From positions 11,672,359-11,736,358 of the forward strand of contig OZ316893.1 in the NCBI GenBank assembly GCA_973895155.1: DNA of 64,000 bases, read 5' to 3'. Below are positions 24,078-38,749 of this stretch, one piece after another. This stretch comes from Marsupella aquatica. Lineage: Eukaryota > Plantae > Marchantiophyta. The notes under the pieces were generated by a model that was not told where the DNA came from, made no database searches, and worked only from the letters and a program-made list of their open reading frames with translations. Numbering within the stretch: position 1 is the stretch's first letter; every line of letters starts with the position of its first letter. Position numbers and translations under genes: made by a program.

Positions 24078-27000
24078 ATGGCGGCCCCCAGTTTGATGGA
24101 GGGCGACCAAGTATGGGGAGACATGAGGTCGGCCAGCAGGGGAGTGCGGTGGGCAGTAGGAGATTCGTCCGCCTTCTCTCGGTCCAGCACAATAAGAATG
24201 GGGGAGGAGGATGACGAGGAGGCCCTCAAGTGGACGGCGTTAGAGAAACTCCCCACCTACGATCGGCTGCGCACGGCGATATTGAAGAATATAGGCGAGC
24301 AAGGCACCGTCATTCATGAAGAGGTTGATGTTACCAAGCTGGGTTATGCTGAGCGTCAATATATAATTGAGCAGATCTTGAAAGGATCAGAGGAGGAGCA
24401 CGAGAAGTTTCTTCTTCGTCTTCGTGACCGTATCAACAGGTGGATTTGTGCTTTCCTCTATCTTTCTGTATGTCTGTCAGTGTTTTTCTTAAGGAGATGA
24501 CAGAACAGATAGGTCAGTGATGGACAAGAGGGGTTTACATGATGTCAATAACCGTCCTTGCCCAATGCTGGTGTTTGCCACCTTGAGCTTGGAACCCAAT
24601 AGTATTTACCGCCTCCATACTCTCTGTATTTCAATTCGGAAACGGAGCTGGGAAGTTACTCGTCTCGTCTCGTCTCCGTGAAAATTTGCAGAGAGTTTTG
24701 AATGTCGGAGAGCCTGGGTTCATCCTCCACAGTGCACAGTAAAATTATTTGTGGCAATGTCTTATAACTGGAAAGGTTTTTCTTGGGGTTTATCTCACCC
24801 TTTTGAGAACGATATTGGTTGTACTTCAGGGTTGGAATTTCAACTCCTCAGATTGAGGTGCGATTCGAAAACTTGGTCGTGGAAGCAAAGGTCCACGTAG
24901 GAAGCCGAGCTTTGCCGTCGATACCCAATGCTGTTATTGGGCTTTTTGAGGTTTGTCCAGATTCACAACCTCACTGGCGGATAGATTGTTGTTTTACTGG
25001 ATGGACTTGTAAGTTACGTATATCGCGTGGTTTTGAGTTACGTTCTTCTTTTGAGACCTTTGTTCTCTTGGGAATTGCTCGTATCGTCACTGTTCGACTT
25101 ATTGACCCAAGACCTCCCTATGCAGGGTCTCGCCATTGCGCTTCGGCTCAGAGCTTCAAATAAAAGAGTGATCTCCATTTTGAAAAACGTCAGCGGCATC
25201 ATCAAACCTGGCAGGTTTGGTTTCTGGCCTTTGGTTCCCTCAGATCAAACAGCAAGAGTCAGTCCTCTATTCTCATAAAATTGAGTCCTTCAGCATAAGG
25301 TAGTGATACCTTTTTTAACTTGCGTTGCATACACTCGACAGGATGTGTTTATTACTTGGGCCTCCAAGTTCTGGAAAGACGACATTGTTGCTTTCACTGG
25401 CTGGGAAGCTCGACAAAAACCTCAACGTATGTACTTGTTCTGCAATTTCTGTCGATGGCAACATTGTAATCTGGTCTTTCATACTCTATGGCTGATCTCC
25501 TGGAGCCTACATTGATGCATTCACACAACGCAGCAGAGTCAATTAGATTACTGATATTGAGATTGTCCTGCCCAGCAAGAGTATTTTATGGGTTTCTCTA
25601 CAGAACAAATTGTGTTAAGCACAAGAGAGTATTTTAACCCCGTTCTGTTTTAAACATGCTTAGGTTTTGGGCCGTGTGACCTATAATGGCCATGAGATGC
25701 ATGAATTTGTTCCGCAAAGAACTTCAGCCTACATCAGTCAGCATGATCAACACCTTGGAGAACTCACTGTCAGGGAAACCCTTGATTTTTCTGGCCGCTG
25801 CCAAGGTGTCGGCACGAGATATGGTGAGTCAAATGCACGCTTAAATTAATGTGCATATGTACTATATATGTGGACCATGTTTTTACGACGTTTCTATCGA
25901 AGGATTTCTTTGCAAGGTTGGAGGTCTGTGAACTCTATCTATCTAACACGAGAGTGTTATCTGCTGTCAGAATTACTGAGGGAGCTTTCGAAGCGGGAGA
26001 AAGAAGCTGGAATCAAGCCTGAAGCAGATTTGGATATTTTTATGAAGGTGATTGCTGTGAAGTTTCATTGCAGCTCTTAATGGCTATTGATGTGTGTCCG
26101 CGGGAATTTAATATGTGAATAGTGGCCCAGGATTGGGTCAAGATTAGGTAGCGACAATGAAAATGACTGTGGACACGAGGTAGAAAAATCTCGTTATTGA
26201 GTTGCTCTCAGGAGGATGTGTGGAGTGGCTTGATGTTGCTTTGTGCAAAAACTACTTACTGTCGTCTCTCGCACTGGAGATTCTCTGTGAAGGACTGTTG
26301 TAGTGACAAAGTTTGTGGGATACTCTCGTGCAGGCATCCTCTGTTGAAGGTGCAGAGACCAGTGTTGTGACGGATTATATTCTCAAGGTGGGGACGATGT
26401 GGTCAAACCTTAAGACCTGTCTATTTTGTTGTTATTTGGACTAAATCCTAAAGCGGAGGTCATGAGTTGCGTGTTCAAATTTCGGCAGAAAATTTGATTG
26501 CTATGTTTCTTGATCCAGATCCTCGGACTTGATGTTTGCGCGGATACTCTAGTTGGAGATGATATGCGGCGAGGCATTTCAGGTGGCCAAAAGAAGCGAG
26601 TCACAACAGGTAAGGAAAGGATGCATGGCGACAAGAGTTAATTGTAAGAAGAGCTTGAGGCAGTAGTTGCCTTTGTCTATGCACGTCATTCAGAAAACAG
26701 TATCTCGGAAACCTCGGGGAAACTGCTCAAATGACAAAGAGTCCATCACATGTTTATCACAGGAGAAATGTTGGTGGGACCAGCGAGAGCCCTCTTTATG
26801 GACGAAATTTCAACTGGCTTGGATAGTTCAACTACACATCAGATTGTGAAGTCTTTGAGGCACACTGTTCATGTTATGGATGGGACGATGGTAGTGTCAC
26901 TTCTACAACCTCCACCTGAGACCTTTGATCTCTTTGATGATATCATCTTCATGTCTGAGGGTCAGATCGTGTATCAAGGACCGCGTGACCAGGTATTGGA

Positions 27001-30000
27001 GTTCTTTGAACAAAATGGATTCAAATGTCCGGAGCGAAAGGGCGTTGGGGACTTTTTGCAGGAGGTTAGTATCTGCAGCGTTCAAGTCATTTCGGAAGCA
27101 TTGTTAAGATTAGTCATGGCTCTTGATCAAAATTAGATATCGAGTCGAACGTTGGTTCGCACCTTTCTAAGATAAGGTATAGACTAGACTGACCCCCGCA
27201 AGCTTACGACTTGGAGGCAGTACATCGATCTGACAAATTGTTTTTTGCAGGTGACGTCAAGAAAAGACCAAGAGCAGTACTGGGCCCCTAAACATCAACC
27301 TTATCGATTTGTGACTGTCAGTCAGTTTGCTGAAGCTTTTAAAAAGTGTTATGTGGGGCAACGTTTGGCAGATGAGCTTGATATTCCGTTTGACAAATCC
27401 AGAAGCCACCCTGCGGCTCTAGTTCATGAAAGGTATGCTCTCAGCAATCGGGAAATATTCAAGGCATGTCTCGCGAGAGAAAAGATATTGATTAAACGGA
27501 ACCGGTTCATTTATATCTTCAAATTTTTCCAGGTAAGCTTTACTTCGTATTTGTTCTTTACATTGTTGTTTTCTGAAGCGAAGGGTTGGATTGCGTAGTA
27601 CAGTTGTAAACAAAGTGTCTGCATACTTTTCGGACAAGTATTCTTAACTTTGGGGGTACACGACTCGTCTTATCTACAACTGTTTGTGCCGCACATGTGA
27701 TGCTGGCTGCTTTAATGATATCTTCTGGTTGGGTCAACAGATTATGATAATGGGATCAATAACCATGACAGTGTTTTTCAGAACGACTCTGAAACCTGGC
27801 TTTGATGATGGGAATCTGTATTTGGGTGCTATTTACTTCAGTCTCATCAATGTCATGCTGAATGGATTTTCGGAAATGGCCATGACCATGGCTCGACTGC
27901 CTGTTTTATACAAGCATCGGGACCTTCTGATGTATCCATCCTGGGCCTACACATTGCCTAATTACCTGCTGAAAGTTCCTCTATCCTTTATAGAGGCTGG
28001 CTTCTGGATTTGTTTGACATATTGGACTATTGGTTTTGCACCAGAAGCTTCTCGGTAAGTTATATTGGCAGATTAACGTGTTCTTTGCCTTTTGGGCTTT
28101 GTGATACATCTTCTGTTGCGGTACAAAATACTTTCATATGGTTGATCTTAGTTGTTTGCTATGTTTAGGAGTATCCTCTGGATGTCTACAGTACCTGGAA
28201 ATGATTGATGTAGAGCCAGGGCATACTAATTCAATCTGTCTGTATTTGCTTGTAGGTTTTTCAAGATGTACTTGATATTGGTCTTTGTCAACCAGATGTC
28301 ATTGGGACTTTTCCGAGTGATTGCATCTATTGGTCGAGTGATGCTCTTGGCACAAACTCTCGGGTCCCTGACTCTACTGCTGTCAGTCATATTGGGGGGC
28401 TTCATTGTCTCCAGACGTAAGCATAATTTCTTTGTGTTAGGGTGACTTACTATTGTGCTCAAATGTGGCTGATTAAAGTACCTTGGAGGCTCATCATTGT
28501 ACTTATGAGCGTTTCACTGTTTTGCAGCAAGTATTCACCCATGGTGGATCTGGGGTTATTGGTCTTCACCACTTACATATGGCCAGAATGCCATCTCCGT
28601 AAATGAGTTTCTTGCACCTCGGTGGCAGAAGGTTTGCTTCTGTTAACACTAATACTTGTATCTTGCCCACTCTCTGAACGCAGTTTGGAAGCTCTAACAG
28701 GGTTGTTATTAGCCAATGACTTTTGTGAGGCTAGTGCTAGGGCTTCTTTGGGAATTTATTTTTGGTACCACGCGGGAAAGCAAAGCTGGTTTCTGAAATT
28801 CTTGGTGTTATAATTGCAGGTGTTTAATGCCACTGCAAGCTCCGCAACAGTCGGAGAAACGGTACTGACTAAACGTGGATTTTTCACAAATGCTTATTGG
28901 TACTGGATCGGGCTTGGCGCTTTATTTGCCTACTCCATTTTCTTCAACGTCATGTTCACCTTGACTCTTCGCTATCTTGACCGTAAGGACCATTTCACAT
29001 AAACTTCATGATACCGTTTTTGACGGAAATATCGGGTGTCTACCTACGATAGTGAGCTGTCACTTCTAAGCACGTTTAGATTTCAAAGTATGTTCGCGTT
29101 TAGCAGACAGTAGCCAACTTTTATGTATCCAGTGTCTGACCTGTTACATGTGATGCAGCTATTGGGAAGCCTAGTACTATGGTTCCTGAAGAAGACGTGG
29201 CGGACCTCGATGAGCAAGAGGAAGATATATATGGTCGTAGCAGCTCGATTAGGACACGTGGACCAAAATCAAAATCCAAGAGAGCAACATTGCCACGATC
29301 ATTGGTCACACCCATAAGTGGTTATGGTTGGATATCTAACCTTTATGGCCCTATTTAAGAAAGTTGTAACTGTTTGCTAACTTTGGATAGTGCAAAGTAG
29401 GGAATGGATTGGTCACAGGATAACTTCATGTCGTACATGGCTTGGCCTAGGCTCACTTGGCGAAACTTGGTGCTTCTAAGTAGCTTAAGGTGGCATGCTT
29501 GACGGTTGCTCCAATGTGGGTCAAATTATTCAACGTGCATATGGGTCTGCAATGGAATAGAATGACAAGCACACAAATAAGTAGTACTTTGTCTGTCTAA
29601 TTTCTTATCGGAGTTAATCAAATAAACTATTGAATGTCCTGTCTACAGTCTCTATTTACTACACAGACATTTTTGGACTACTTTTAGCTGAACAATGTGC
29701 CCTCATCTTACGTATGGCCTTTTCGGTCTCTCTTGTGTTGAGTTCTCCAGTGAACGGTTGTATCGTTTCAGGAGCACATCAATTTCAATCTTTCTGAGTT
29801 GTACTTTCTTTTACCAGGTACCTCAAATTTTGAGTCCGTGTCTTCAATAAGGTCTGCAGACCTGGATCAGGCAGATGCGTTCGATGGCCCAGGAAATAAA
29901 AAACCAGGATTGGTTCTTCCTTTCCAACCTTTGTCGATAGCATTCCAAAACGTCAACTACTTTGTCGACATGCCTCCTGGAATGAAGGAGCAGGGTGTAC

Positions 30001-33000
30001 TGGAGGACAGACTGCAACTTCTCACCGATGTCAGTGGAGCCTTCAGACCTGGGGTCTTAACAGCACTAATGGGAGTCAGTGGTGCTGGCAAGACCACACT
30101 GATGGATGTGCTAGCAGGAAGGAAAACTGGAGGCTATATCGAGGGTAGCATCAGCATTTCGGGTTATCCTAAATGTCAAGAAACTTTTGCTCGCATTTCA
30201 GGCTACTGTGAGCAGAATGACATCCACTCCCCCAATGTCACTGTGTTCGAGTCTCTTACATTCTCTTCATGGCTCCGATTGTCCAAGAATGTGGACAACC
30301 ACACTCGCGCGGTAGGAATTCCAATGTCCGATGGGAAGAATGCTTTACTTCTGTTTGGCTCAGCTCTAGACATTTTCGTGGAGCTTTTTTAACATATTTT
30401 TCTGAAGGTATCTGTTTGGTTGTTTTACTGAGCATGTGGATTCCTGTCTGCAGGCTTTTGTGGAGCAAGTCATGGATCTAGTAGAGCTTAACCCTTTGAG
30501 GAACTCCATTGTGGGTCTTCCTGGTATAACTGGCCTGTCTACCGAACAGAGGAAACGCCTGACAATCGCGGTAGAGTTAGTAGCTAACCCATCCATAATC
30601 TTTATGGATGAGCCAACTTCAGGGCTAGATGCAAGAGCAGCTGCCATTGTCATGCGAACTGTACGAAACACAGTTGACACGGGGCGTACAGTTGTGTGTA
30701 CTATCCATCAGCCAAGCATTGACATTTTCGAGTCCTTTGATGAGGTACTCAAGACTCCATGCATTGACTATTTGCCTCCCATTGATACTGGGTTACTTTG
30801 GAGCTTAAGCTTATGGAATTTGGGTGATGGCCAACGTACTGAACTTCATTCTGTATCGTTGTCAGCTGTTGTTGATGAAGAGAGGAGGTCAGCTCATTTA
30901 TGGCGGTCCTTTGGGTCGAAACTCTCACAGTCTCGTCAAGTACTTTCAGGTACGTGAGATTTTGCATGAGGTTGTCTCCTTAAGAGGATTGTTTTCTCTT
31001 CGTAAGATACAATTTTCAGAGCTCTAGAGCTAAGCTTTTCTTGGCATCAGTATTTGTGAGCCACTATTCAATGTCTATTCAAAAGTGTTCAGGTCTTTGC
31101 CTTGAGGGATATGTTGCTCTTCTAGTGATTTTGTATGATTGGCAAATGGCTGTGATCTGATTTTTTGTGGTGGGCTTTTCACATTTGTGTTCCAGGCTAT
31201 TCCCGGTGTTCCCAACATAAAAACAGGACAAAATCCAGCCACATGGATGCTTGAGGTTTCGTCTATTTCAGCTGAAGCTCGGCTCGGCGTTGATTTTACA
31301 GATATTCATCAGAGCTCGTCCCTATATCAGTGAGTTTCTGGCTGAACATCACAAAGTTCGTAATATCTTCTTACATGTGCATATTGGGATGTATTTTGCA
31401 ATCGTATTCTTAACAACTAGAATTGATTGTTATGTTCAGGCATACTGCAGAGCTTATCAAAGAGCTTAGCACACCAGCTCCCGATTCTTCAGATCTATAT
31501 TTCCCCACAAAGTTTGCACAACCATTTTATGTTCAGTGCCTCGCTTGTTTGTGGAAAATCCACAAATCATATTGGCGGAACCCTCTCTACAACGTCGTTC
31601 GGTTTATGTTCACAATATTTTGCGCCTTTGTCTTTGGCAGTGTCTTTTATGGTCTAGGAAAACACAGGTATGTTCTCTCAAAAGCAAGACTTACGAGCAT
31701 TCCAGGTTGTGGTATAGCAAGGCAAGATTGGAGCTGTACTGGAGAATGGTGCATACTCGAATTTTAGTTTGGAAAGTAGATCACTGAACACCAATTCTGT
31801 TCCTGTTTGCAGAGCCAATCAGCAGCAAGTCCTAAATATAATGGGTTCAACTTACGCAGCTGTGCTGTTTATGGGTGTGAATAACTCTGGGTCTGTACAG
31901 CCAGTGGTCTCAGTGGAAAGAACTGTTTTCTATCGTGAGCGTGCTGCTGGCTTGTATTCTCCCTTCCCGTACGCATTTGCTCAGGTATATATCAAGGAGT
32001 ACCCTTTTCTGTCAGACTGCATGAGGCTGAGTGCGGCTGTTTTTCTTCAACTTATACGAGACAAACAGCAACGAGTGATATGCTTTTCGTCGGAAATATC
32101 GTCTCTCGAATCTTCTGATATTTATGACATGAAATATTGATGTCCTAGTTGTTGAAGTTCTTGGTTTGTCACTCGAAAGCACTGGCGAGGGAACACAACG
32201 AAGGTTGCTTAGGGGAACTGTGTTGGGCAAATGTTAGGGCATGGTACGTAGAGAATGCGTGGGTGGTCATTAATGAAGATATCTCTGGTTGGATGTTTTT
32301 GGGTACAGGTGTCTGTGGAGTGGCCTTATGTTATGGTGCAGGCTATAGTATACAGCTCAATTGTATATGCTATGATACAGTTTGAATGGGTTCTTTCAAA
32401 ATACCTCTGGTTCCTCTTCTTCTTTTACTTCACCTTCCTGTACTTCAGCTACTGGGGCATGATGTGTGTCTCTATCACCCCGAATGCTCAAATCGCGGCC
32501 ATCATGTCATCGGCTTTCTACGGGCTGTGGAATCTCTTCGCTGGTTTCTCCATTGCTCGACCGGTATTGCATCTCGCTTTGGAAGTCTGCCTCATGCAAT
32601 TTGGAAGGAATTTTGGTTGGGTCAATGTCTGTTGTCGCTCACAATTGTAGGCAGCGGAAGTGTCTTTACATTGCTCGTCAGTATGACTGGGTTATCGTTC
32701 TTGCTTCCACTATTAACTGTTATTGGTTCGGTCGTTTTAGGTCAATGATATCTTGTAACTATTGTATGTGGCACCATTACTCATATGGATGCTAATTCAT
32801 TACGCGTTTTGTTGGTGCTCTTCAGCAAGTACCTATTTGGTGGAGATGGTATGTTTGGGCTACGCCGACGTCATGGACACTGTATGGTCTGGTCATATCA
32901 CAGCTGGGGGATGTCACGACTCCGCTTCTGAATGAAGCGACAGGAGCGACACTGCCACTGAACGTGTTTTTGGCAGAGCACTTTGGTTATCACAAGGACT

Positions 33001-33098
33001 TTCTTCCCTGGGTGGCTGTAGAGCACGTCCTCTTGGTAATACTGTTCGGGTGTGTATTTGCGTTCTGCATCAAGAACTTCAATTTCCAAAGAAGGTGA
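24078..33098 (+). CDS. ABCG: Full-size ABCG / pleiotropic drug resistance (PDR) transporter, NBD1-TMD1-NBD2-TMD2
   Basis: 23 GT-AG exons: 24078-24439, 24830-24950, 25126-25214, 25342-25426, 25664-25823, 25971-26047, 26334-26387, 26519-26609, 26763-27064, 27251-27532, 27741-28054, 28256-28416, 28528-28631, 28820-28982, 29159-29320, 29818-30311, 30454-30744, 30866-30949, 31196-31329, 31440-31667, 31813-31984, 32309-32563, 32826-33098. Motifs: [78 protein letters not shown], terminal FNFQRR*. Confidence 0.96.
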
Positions 33099-34432
33099 TT
33101 TCAAGTGGAGATAGTAGATGTTGCTTGGAAGTCACTCTAAGCCGAGAGTTCAAGCTGTACAGCCATTTTGTCATCAGGTTCCCATGATCACGTTCAAATC
33201 GGCTTTCATAGAACTTCCTTGATCAGAGAGGCGCCTAACTGTCCATTTATTGAAGGGCTCAGCCCTGACCGCAGGTCCTCTGCAATTCATTGTAATCATA
33301 GAGCTTTAGGGTAGAATACCAGAGTCAGCCCCAGGCTAAGAGTAAGGGAGTAAGGGGATGGAGTGAGAGCAGATAAGTAGGTATACTTACATCCATCTGC
33401 TGATGTAACATTATGTAAAGAAGTCATTTCTGAATTTTAATTGATAATTTGAGAGATATCGTGGAGTAAACTTAGTAAATCTCTGGGATATACTATGAAA
33501 GCCCACATAAGTAGAGTAGTACCGATGCAAACAAGGGATGTCATAGAAATTGATGCATGAAGAGAACGAACCATGAACGGTTTTGAAGGGTCAGTGGAGT
33601 CCATCATTCGCTGTAGCAGGAAACTTTTAAAGCAGGATCGATAGCCATGCAACGAGCGAAGGAGTCGCCCTCATGAGTGCTTCTCTATCTTCTCCGCAAG
33701 TCACCTCATCTTTGGGCGGAAGTAGATGTTAGTTTAAGTGGAGATGTTTTTTCTTACTTAATTGTGAGCAATAGGGCCAGAAGGTTGCATATTGTCAACT
33801 ATCATAATCCACAAGTTTAGGGTACACACGGGTGACCATTGTCAACTTTCATACTTTACAAATATGGGAGTGAGCAGAAATATTTCCCAATCGATCAATT
33901 CTAAACCGATTGCAGAAGCCTGCACATGGCTTAGAAAATGGGTGGTGGTGTGATTTCCATTGATTGAAAGCCGAGGAAAAATATATCCAAACATTCAAAG
34001 ATTCATCAGATGTACAATGGGGGTACCCTCACAATTAAGTAAGAAAAAACATTTCCAAGCACGCACTACAATACATAGTCGTATCCCTTTTAACAACAAC
34101 CAGGTGCAATACAATTCCCATTTCCAGCTAAACCTATTCACTAATCTTTCCTATCATCCCTATGGGAGGGACAATTCAAGGTACTTTGTTACATAATTTC
34201 AGGATTACCTGGGACAAATTCCGAATCAAATGCTGAGATGAATCCTTGACCAAGCTTGACATTAAACTACACAACCAGATATACCGATCTCACTCCACGC
34301 AAGCACATTTTGTTCCTAGACTAAAGAGAATACAAGTTCGTGTTCATCTCCAGCTCAATAAACGAGGCATATTTATGCTAAGGTATTTTCGAACTCTCAT
34401 ACTGTTACACCCGATCTTCTTGAAAGAATCCC

Positions 34433-36999
34433 TCAAATGGAGAACGGATCAATTCGAGGATCATGCTCACTGGCCAGAGCCATCCCTGTGCAGAGACAAG
34501 TGGGGCACATAACCTGCAAAAATATGCATCCAAGGTTTCAGTGACCAACGTACAGCCCCAAACTTGCCTGGTAAATGGGCTTGATGTTAGCCAAATACTG
34601 ATGCAGGTTTTCAAGAGTAAGTTTGGATCACCGAGTCTCAAATGCATTGTGAATGGATTCAAGGATTCAAAATAAACAGGCGTACACTTGCTTTTGATAC
34701 ATAGACATAATACTGTAACCATTAGGCTACAAAAACTCAGAAGACAACGCACCAGAACAAATGCAAAATACACAATGTCATAATTACCTTGGCCACCCCT
34801 GCACAGTTTTTACATTTTATAGATGTTGGCTTTGACACAGTTTCGGTGCCACCGCCAGCAGAGACTACTGACTCCATCGATACAAGCGTTCCAGACCCTG
34901 AACATCTCGCACAAGCCAGGTATCCTGCAAAAAATGTCACGAGATTTAGAAAACATCAACCCTGACTAATTCCAGTGTAGGGTCAGCAAAGCTCAATTCC
35001 CAAGTGAAGGAGGTTCTCTATGTGGCTTCACAGAGCTCAATCTTCTCAAGTGAGAAATATGAGACAACAGAAAATAATACGAGAACCATCATACCAGTTC
35101 CATGACAGTATGTGCAACGTTTGTGTTGTTGTTGATTGACATTGTTAAGCTCAACAACCATTAAAGCCGAAATGACCCCAACTGCGCCACCTGAGAAGGA
35201 AGCTACAATGGGATCCACTTGACTGCAAGAAACAAATTCCAAAAATTATTTCTCGGACGTTTCATGCAGCAAAATTTTGTGTCGCGAGTCCTGCCCGTCT
35301 GAGAACAAGTAATGTGGGTTCTATCCTTAATTTATATCTCCTGACAAAGATCCAGTCTTAGAGGACCTGAAAATTTCAAATTACAGACTTCTTAGAGGGC
35401 ACCAAAACTCTTGGGTAGTTGGCCACATACCTCAGTTGTTCTGGCAAATGCATATTATGAATAAAGTCCGCGTAGGAAGTCCCACCCATTCCGAGCCTCA
35501 GCTCCAACTGGTAACACAACAGATATTAGACTAACTCACCGAATTGTCGCAGTTATGTTATCACCGTTAGGTGGGCTTGTTGGAATCCTAAAAGTTTAAA
35601 ATTACCAAAAGAACAATGAACCCAATATGGATTGGCTGAGGTAAGAGACAGACATGTACACTTCAACCCCATTCAAGGCAGCGAAAGCAATGCAGGTCCA
35701 TATTACCGATAGTTGAATCGTCCTGTAGCTTACCGTGGGAGCCAACAATCCGGCAAAGAGCATGATACCCGAGATGAGCGAGAAGCACGTTATGTAATAA
35801 TTCTTCAACGTTTGTGGTGTCTTATGGCCCAAAAAACGAGGAAACAAATCAGAAGTCTTCTCTTGTGGACATTCTTCAAATTTGGGTCTTTCAGAACTTC
35901 AATATAATCAAGGTGAAGTCGTACTTTCCAATGCCATCCCTCCGGCCAATCCACAGGTTCGTTATATAACCACAGTACGATGCCTGAACACTAATTCACC
36001 GGATAACTGTTGTGCTACTGCCTGGACCGTAAAGTAAAGCGCATGTGGTGGCATAGTAATACTTAGTTCTTACCAGAGGGGGCAAGAACGGGATGAAAGA
36101 TGGAAACGATGGAACATCCTCAGCCTCATCTTCCAGTGGCAAATTTTGGTCGGCAGCTTTGACCCGTTGCTGAATTCGTAACCTCCTCACCTGCAGCATT
36201 GTTACATTCTTAGGAAGTAAGTAACCATACTTTTGGGGCGGTACCTGTGAAAAGAATACAGGAATTTCCCAGTTGGAACAAAAGCGTGAGGAGTGTTTGA
36301 TCAACATGACAATAGCATACTCCTCTACTGTAAAGGTCTGCAGAGCTACACTAATTCACAGCCTTAAGAGCATTTGCGCTTGGACATGCAGCAGAATACC
36401 TCTTCCATTAACAGAAATATTCTATTACGCCTCGTATTGATGTGCTCACGAATTTCCTGAAGTTGCATCGGTGCAAAATCCAACACTGTGTCCCGACCTT
36501 CAATTATGCAAAACGTGCTATCACCATAGGGGTCGTCCGCACTGAACACATCCACACAAAATTTAAGAGAGTCCTCGTGTACTGGAAACAAGAGGCACAC
36601 TAATTATATTTCTCTAATCTCTTGCCAACCAGCTTCACCTTTTCGCTGCCCGCTTTCTGTGAAGACTAATCTTCCTTTGGATTGGGCACCATTCATAGGG
36701 TATTGGTCCTATGGCCCATTTGGGATCCGCACAATTCACATTCAATTCATTACTTCATTCCTACACTCTCTCACGACGCACCTTGGAGACTTGAAAGAGG
36801 AGGACTCCCCTTCAGTGAACCCTTCGCTTGCCAGGGCAGCCGACGGCCCAGAGGGTGTTCGTGACTGCCGCAGATTAAGAGGTTGCCATTTCAGAGTCTG
36901 TGAGTTCAACCCGGATTTCTGCAATGACGGGGCCCCGAAACCGTTCCAACGCAAGCAGAATTCCGCTCCCACGCAAGCGCAAAGCAATTGAGTAGCCAT
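34433..36999 (-). CDS. OR: Orange (OR/OR-like) plastid DnaJ-like cysteine-rich zinc-finger protein
   Basis: 8 exons: 36999-36782, 36541-36400, 36190-36074, 35820-35734, 35507-35431, 35222-35095, 34924-34788, 34513-34433. Hallmarks: FCIIEG..IFLLMEEVRRLRIQQR, GGTSYADFI, SQVDPIVASFSGGAVGVISALMVVE, CxxCxGxG repeats, VMCPTCLCTGMALASEHDPRIDPF. The N-terminus is Ser-rich and transit-peptide-like. Confidence 0.93.
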
Positions 37000-37593
37000 C
37001 CCTGTGTGACTGAGATCCCGTGCTGAACTCCTGCTATGGTCTCCTCCGTCGTGCAACTCTTCGCAGCCAGCCGCAGCCTTCCCAATCCCCTTACCTCAGT
37101 GACAGAGTTCCGTCCCCTTCCACTCACAACACCATCTTCATCACACCCTGAGTTTGCAGCTGGTCGTCGCATGCACTCCACCAAAATCAGGAGCGCAACT
37201 TCTGAAAAGAGAAGAACCGATATGAACTACTCCGCCATCTTCATCACCTCTCGGCCACCATCCGCTACCCTGAATGTGATCCTTTCAGTCACGGACAGGA
37301 AAAACACTTTGCGCAACGCTATGGAGTCTCGAGCAGGATCGTTCTCCTCGGACGAAGAGCGACCGGACACGAAATTGAAAAGAAATTCGAATTGAGGAAA
37401 GCAGTTGGATCCGCGTCCTACACCACTATTTCTGGACGCTGGAATTTCTCGAGTGAGTTGTTGCTGTGACGCAATCATCAGTGCACGACGTCTTCCATCG
37501 ATTTCCATCGATCTGATTGCGTCGCATCGGGTACTGTACCGTGCAATGTGTGTCATGCTTATTTTGTGGATGCGATTTGCGATTTTAGTTCAC

Positions 37594-38550
37594 GGTAAAC
37601 TTACTTGTGGATGCGACTTAGTTGGGTATTAGGGAGTCTCAAAGCTCACAATTTTATCAACCTTTAGCTCCGCGTTAAGATACAAAAAGCCAAATTCATA
37701 GTCCATAATTTTTAGTTGAAGGTAAACTAACTTGTGAATGCAATTTAGTTGGATATTAAGGAGTCTCGAAGCTCACAATTTTATCAACCTTTAACTCTGG
37801 GTTACAATACAAAAAGCCAAATTCATAGTCCATAGGTTTTAGTTGAAGGTAAGGTTGACTGTAAACCTACTTGTGGATGCGATTTAGTTGGGTATTAGGG
37901 AGTCTCAAAGCTCACAATCCTATCAACCTTTAACTCCGGGCTACGATGCAAAAAGCCAAATCCATAGTCCATAGTTTTAAGTTGAAGGTAAACTTACTTG
38001 TGGATGCAATTTATTTGGGTATTAGGGAGTCTCGAAGCTCACAATTTTATCAACCTTTAACTCTGGGTTACGATACAAAAAGCCAAATTCATAGTCCATA
38101 GTTTTAAGTTGAAGGTAAATTTAGTAGTGGATGCAATTTAGTTGGGTATTAGGGAGTCTCAAAGCTCACAATTTTACCAGCCTTTAACTCCGGGTTCACA
38201 ATTTTATCAACCTTTAACTCCGGGTTACAATACAAAAAGCCAAATTCATAGTCCATAGGTTTTAGTTGAAGGTAAGGTTGACTCTAAACCTACTTGTGGA
38301 TGCGATTTAGTTGGGTATTAGGGAGTCTCAAAGCTCACAATTCTATCAACCTTTACCTCCGGGTTACGATACAAAAAGCCAAATCCATAGTCCATAGTTT
38401 TAAGTTGAAGGTAAACTTACTTGTGGATGCGATTTAGTTGGGTAGTTAGGGAGTCTCAAAGCTCACAGGTTTGTAAACCTTTAACTCCGGGTTACAATAC
38501 AAAAAGCCAAATTTGTAGTCCATAGTTTTTAGTTGAAGGCAAGGTTGGCT
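37594..38550. repeat. ~127-bp tandem satellite, about 7.5 units
   Basis: Unit GGTAAACTTACTTGTGGATGCGATTTAGTTGGGTATTAGGGAGTCTCAAAGCTCACAATTTTATCAACCTTTAACTCCGGGTTAC.ATACAAAAAGCCAAATTCATAGTCCATAG... starts at about 37594, 37721, 37848, 37987, 38114, 38271 and 38410. Confidence 0.92.
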
Positions 38551-38626
38551 GAAAGTTATCATCCTTGTTAAGTTTGAAGCTTTGAGACTCCCTATTGTAG
38601 CCTGAGAAAACAGGAAAAATTCCCCG

Positions 38627-38627
<1 letters not shown>

Positions 38628-38657
<30 letters not shown>
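38628..38657. repeat. (TA)n microsatellite
   Basis: tatatatatata... read directly. Confidence 0.9.
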
Positions 38658-38661
<4 letters not shown>

Positions 38662-38749
38662 TACTTCAATAGCAGAATTAGTCCCTAGCTAGCCAAAACC
38701 TGGTTAGTAAAACCAAATATTATTATTCAGGCTCTATTGGCTAGCTAAC

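Noticed and set aside
36638-36753. Extra in-frame OR exon (DQYPMNGAQSKGRLVFTESGQRK)
   Set aside because: It needs an intron of only about 46 bp. The direct 36782-to-36541 splice is already in frame and simpler.
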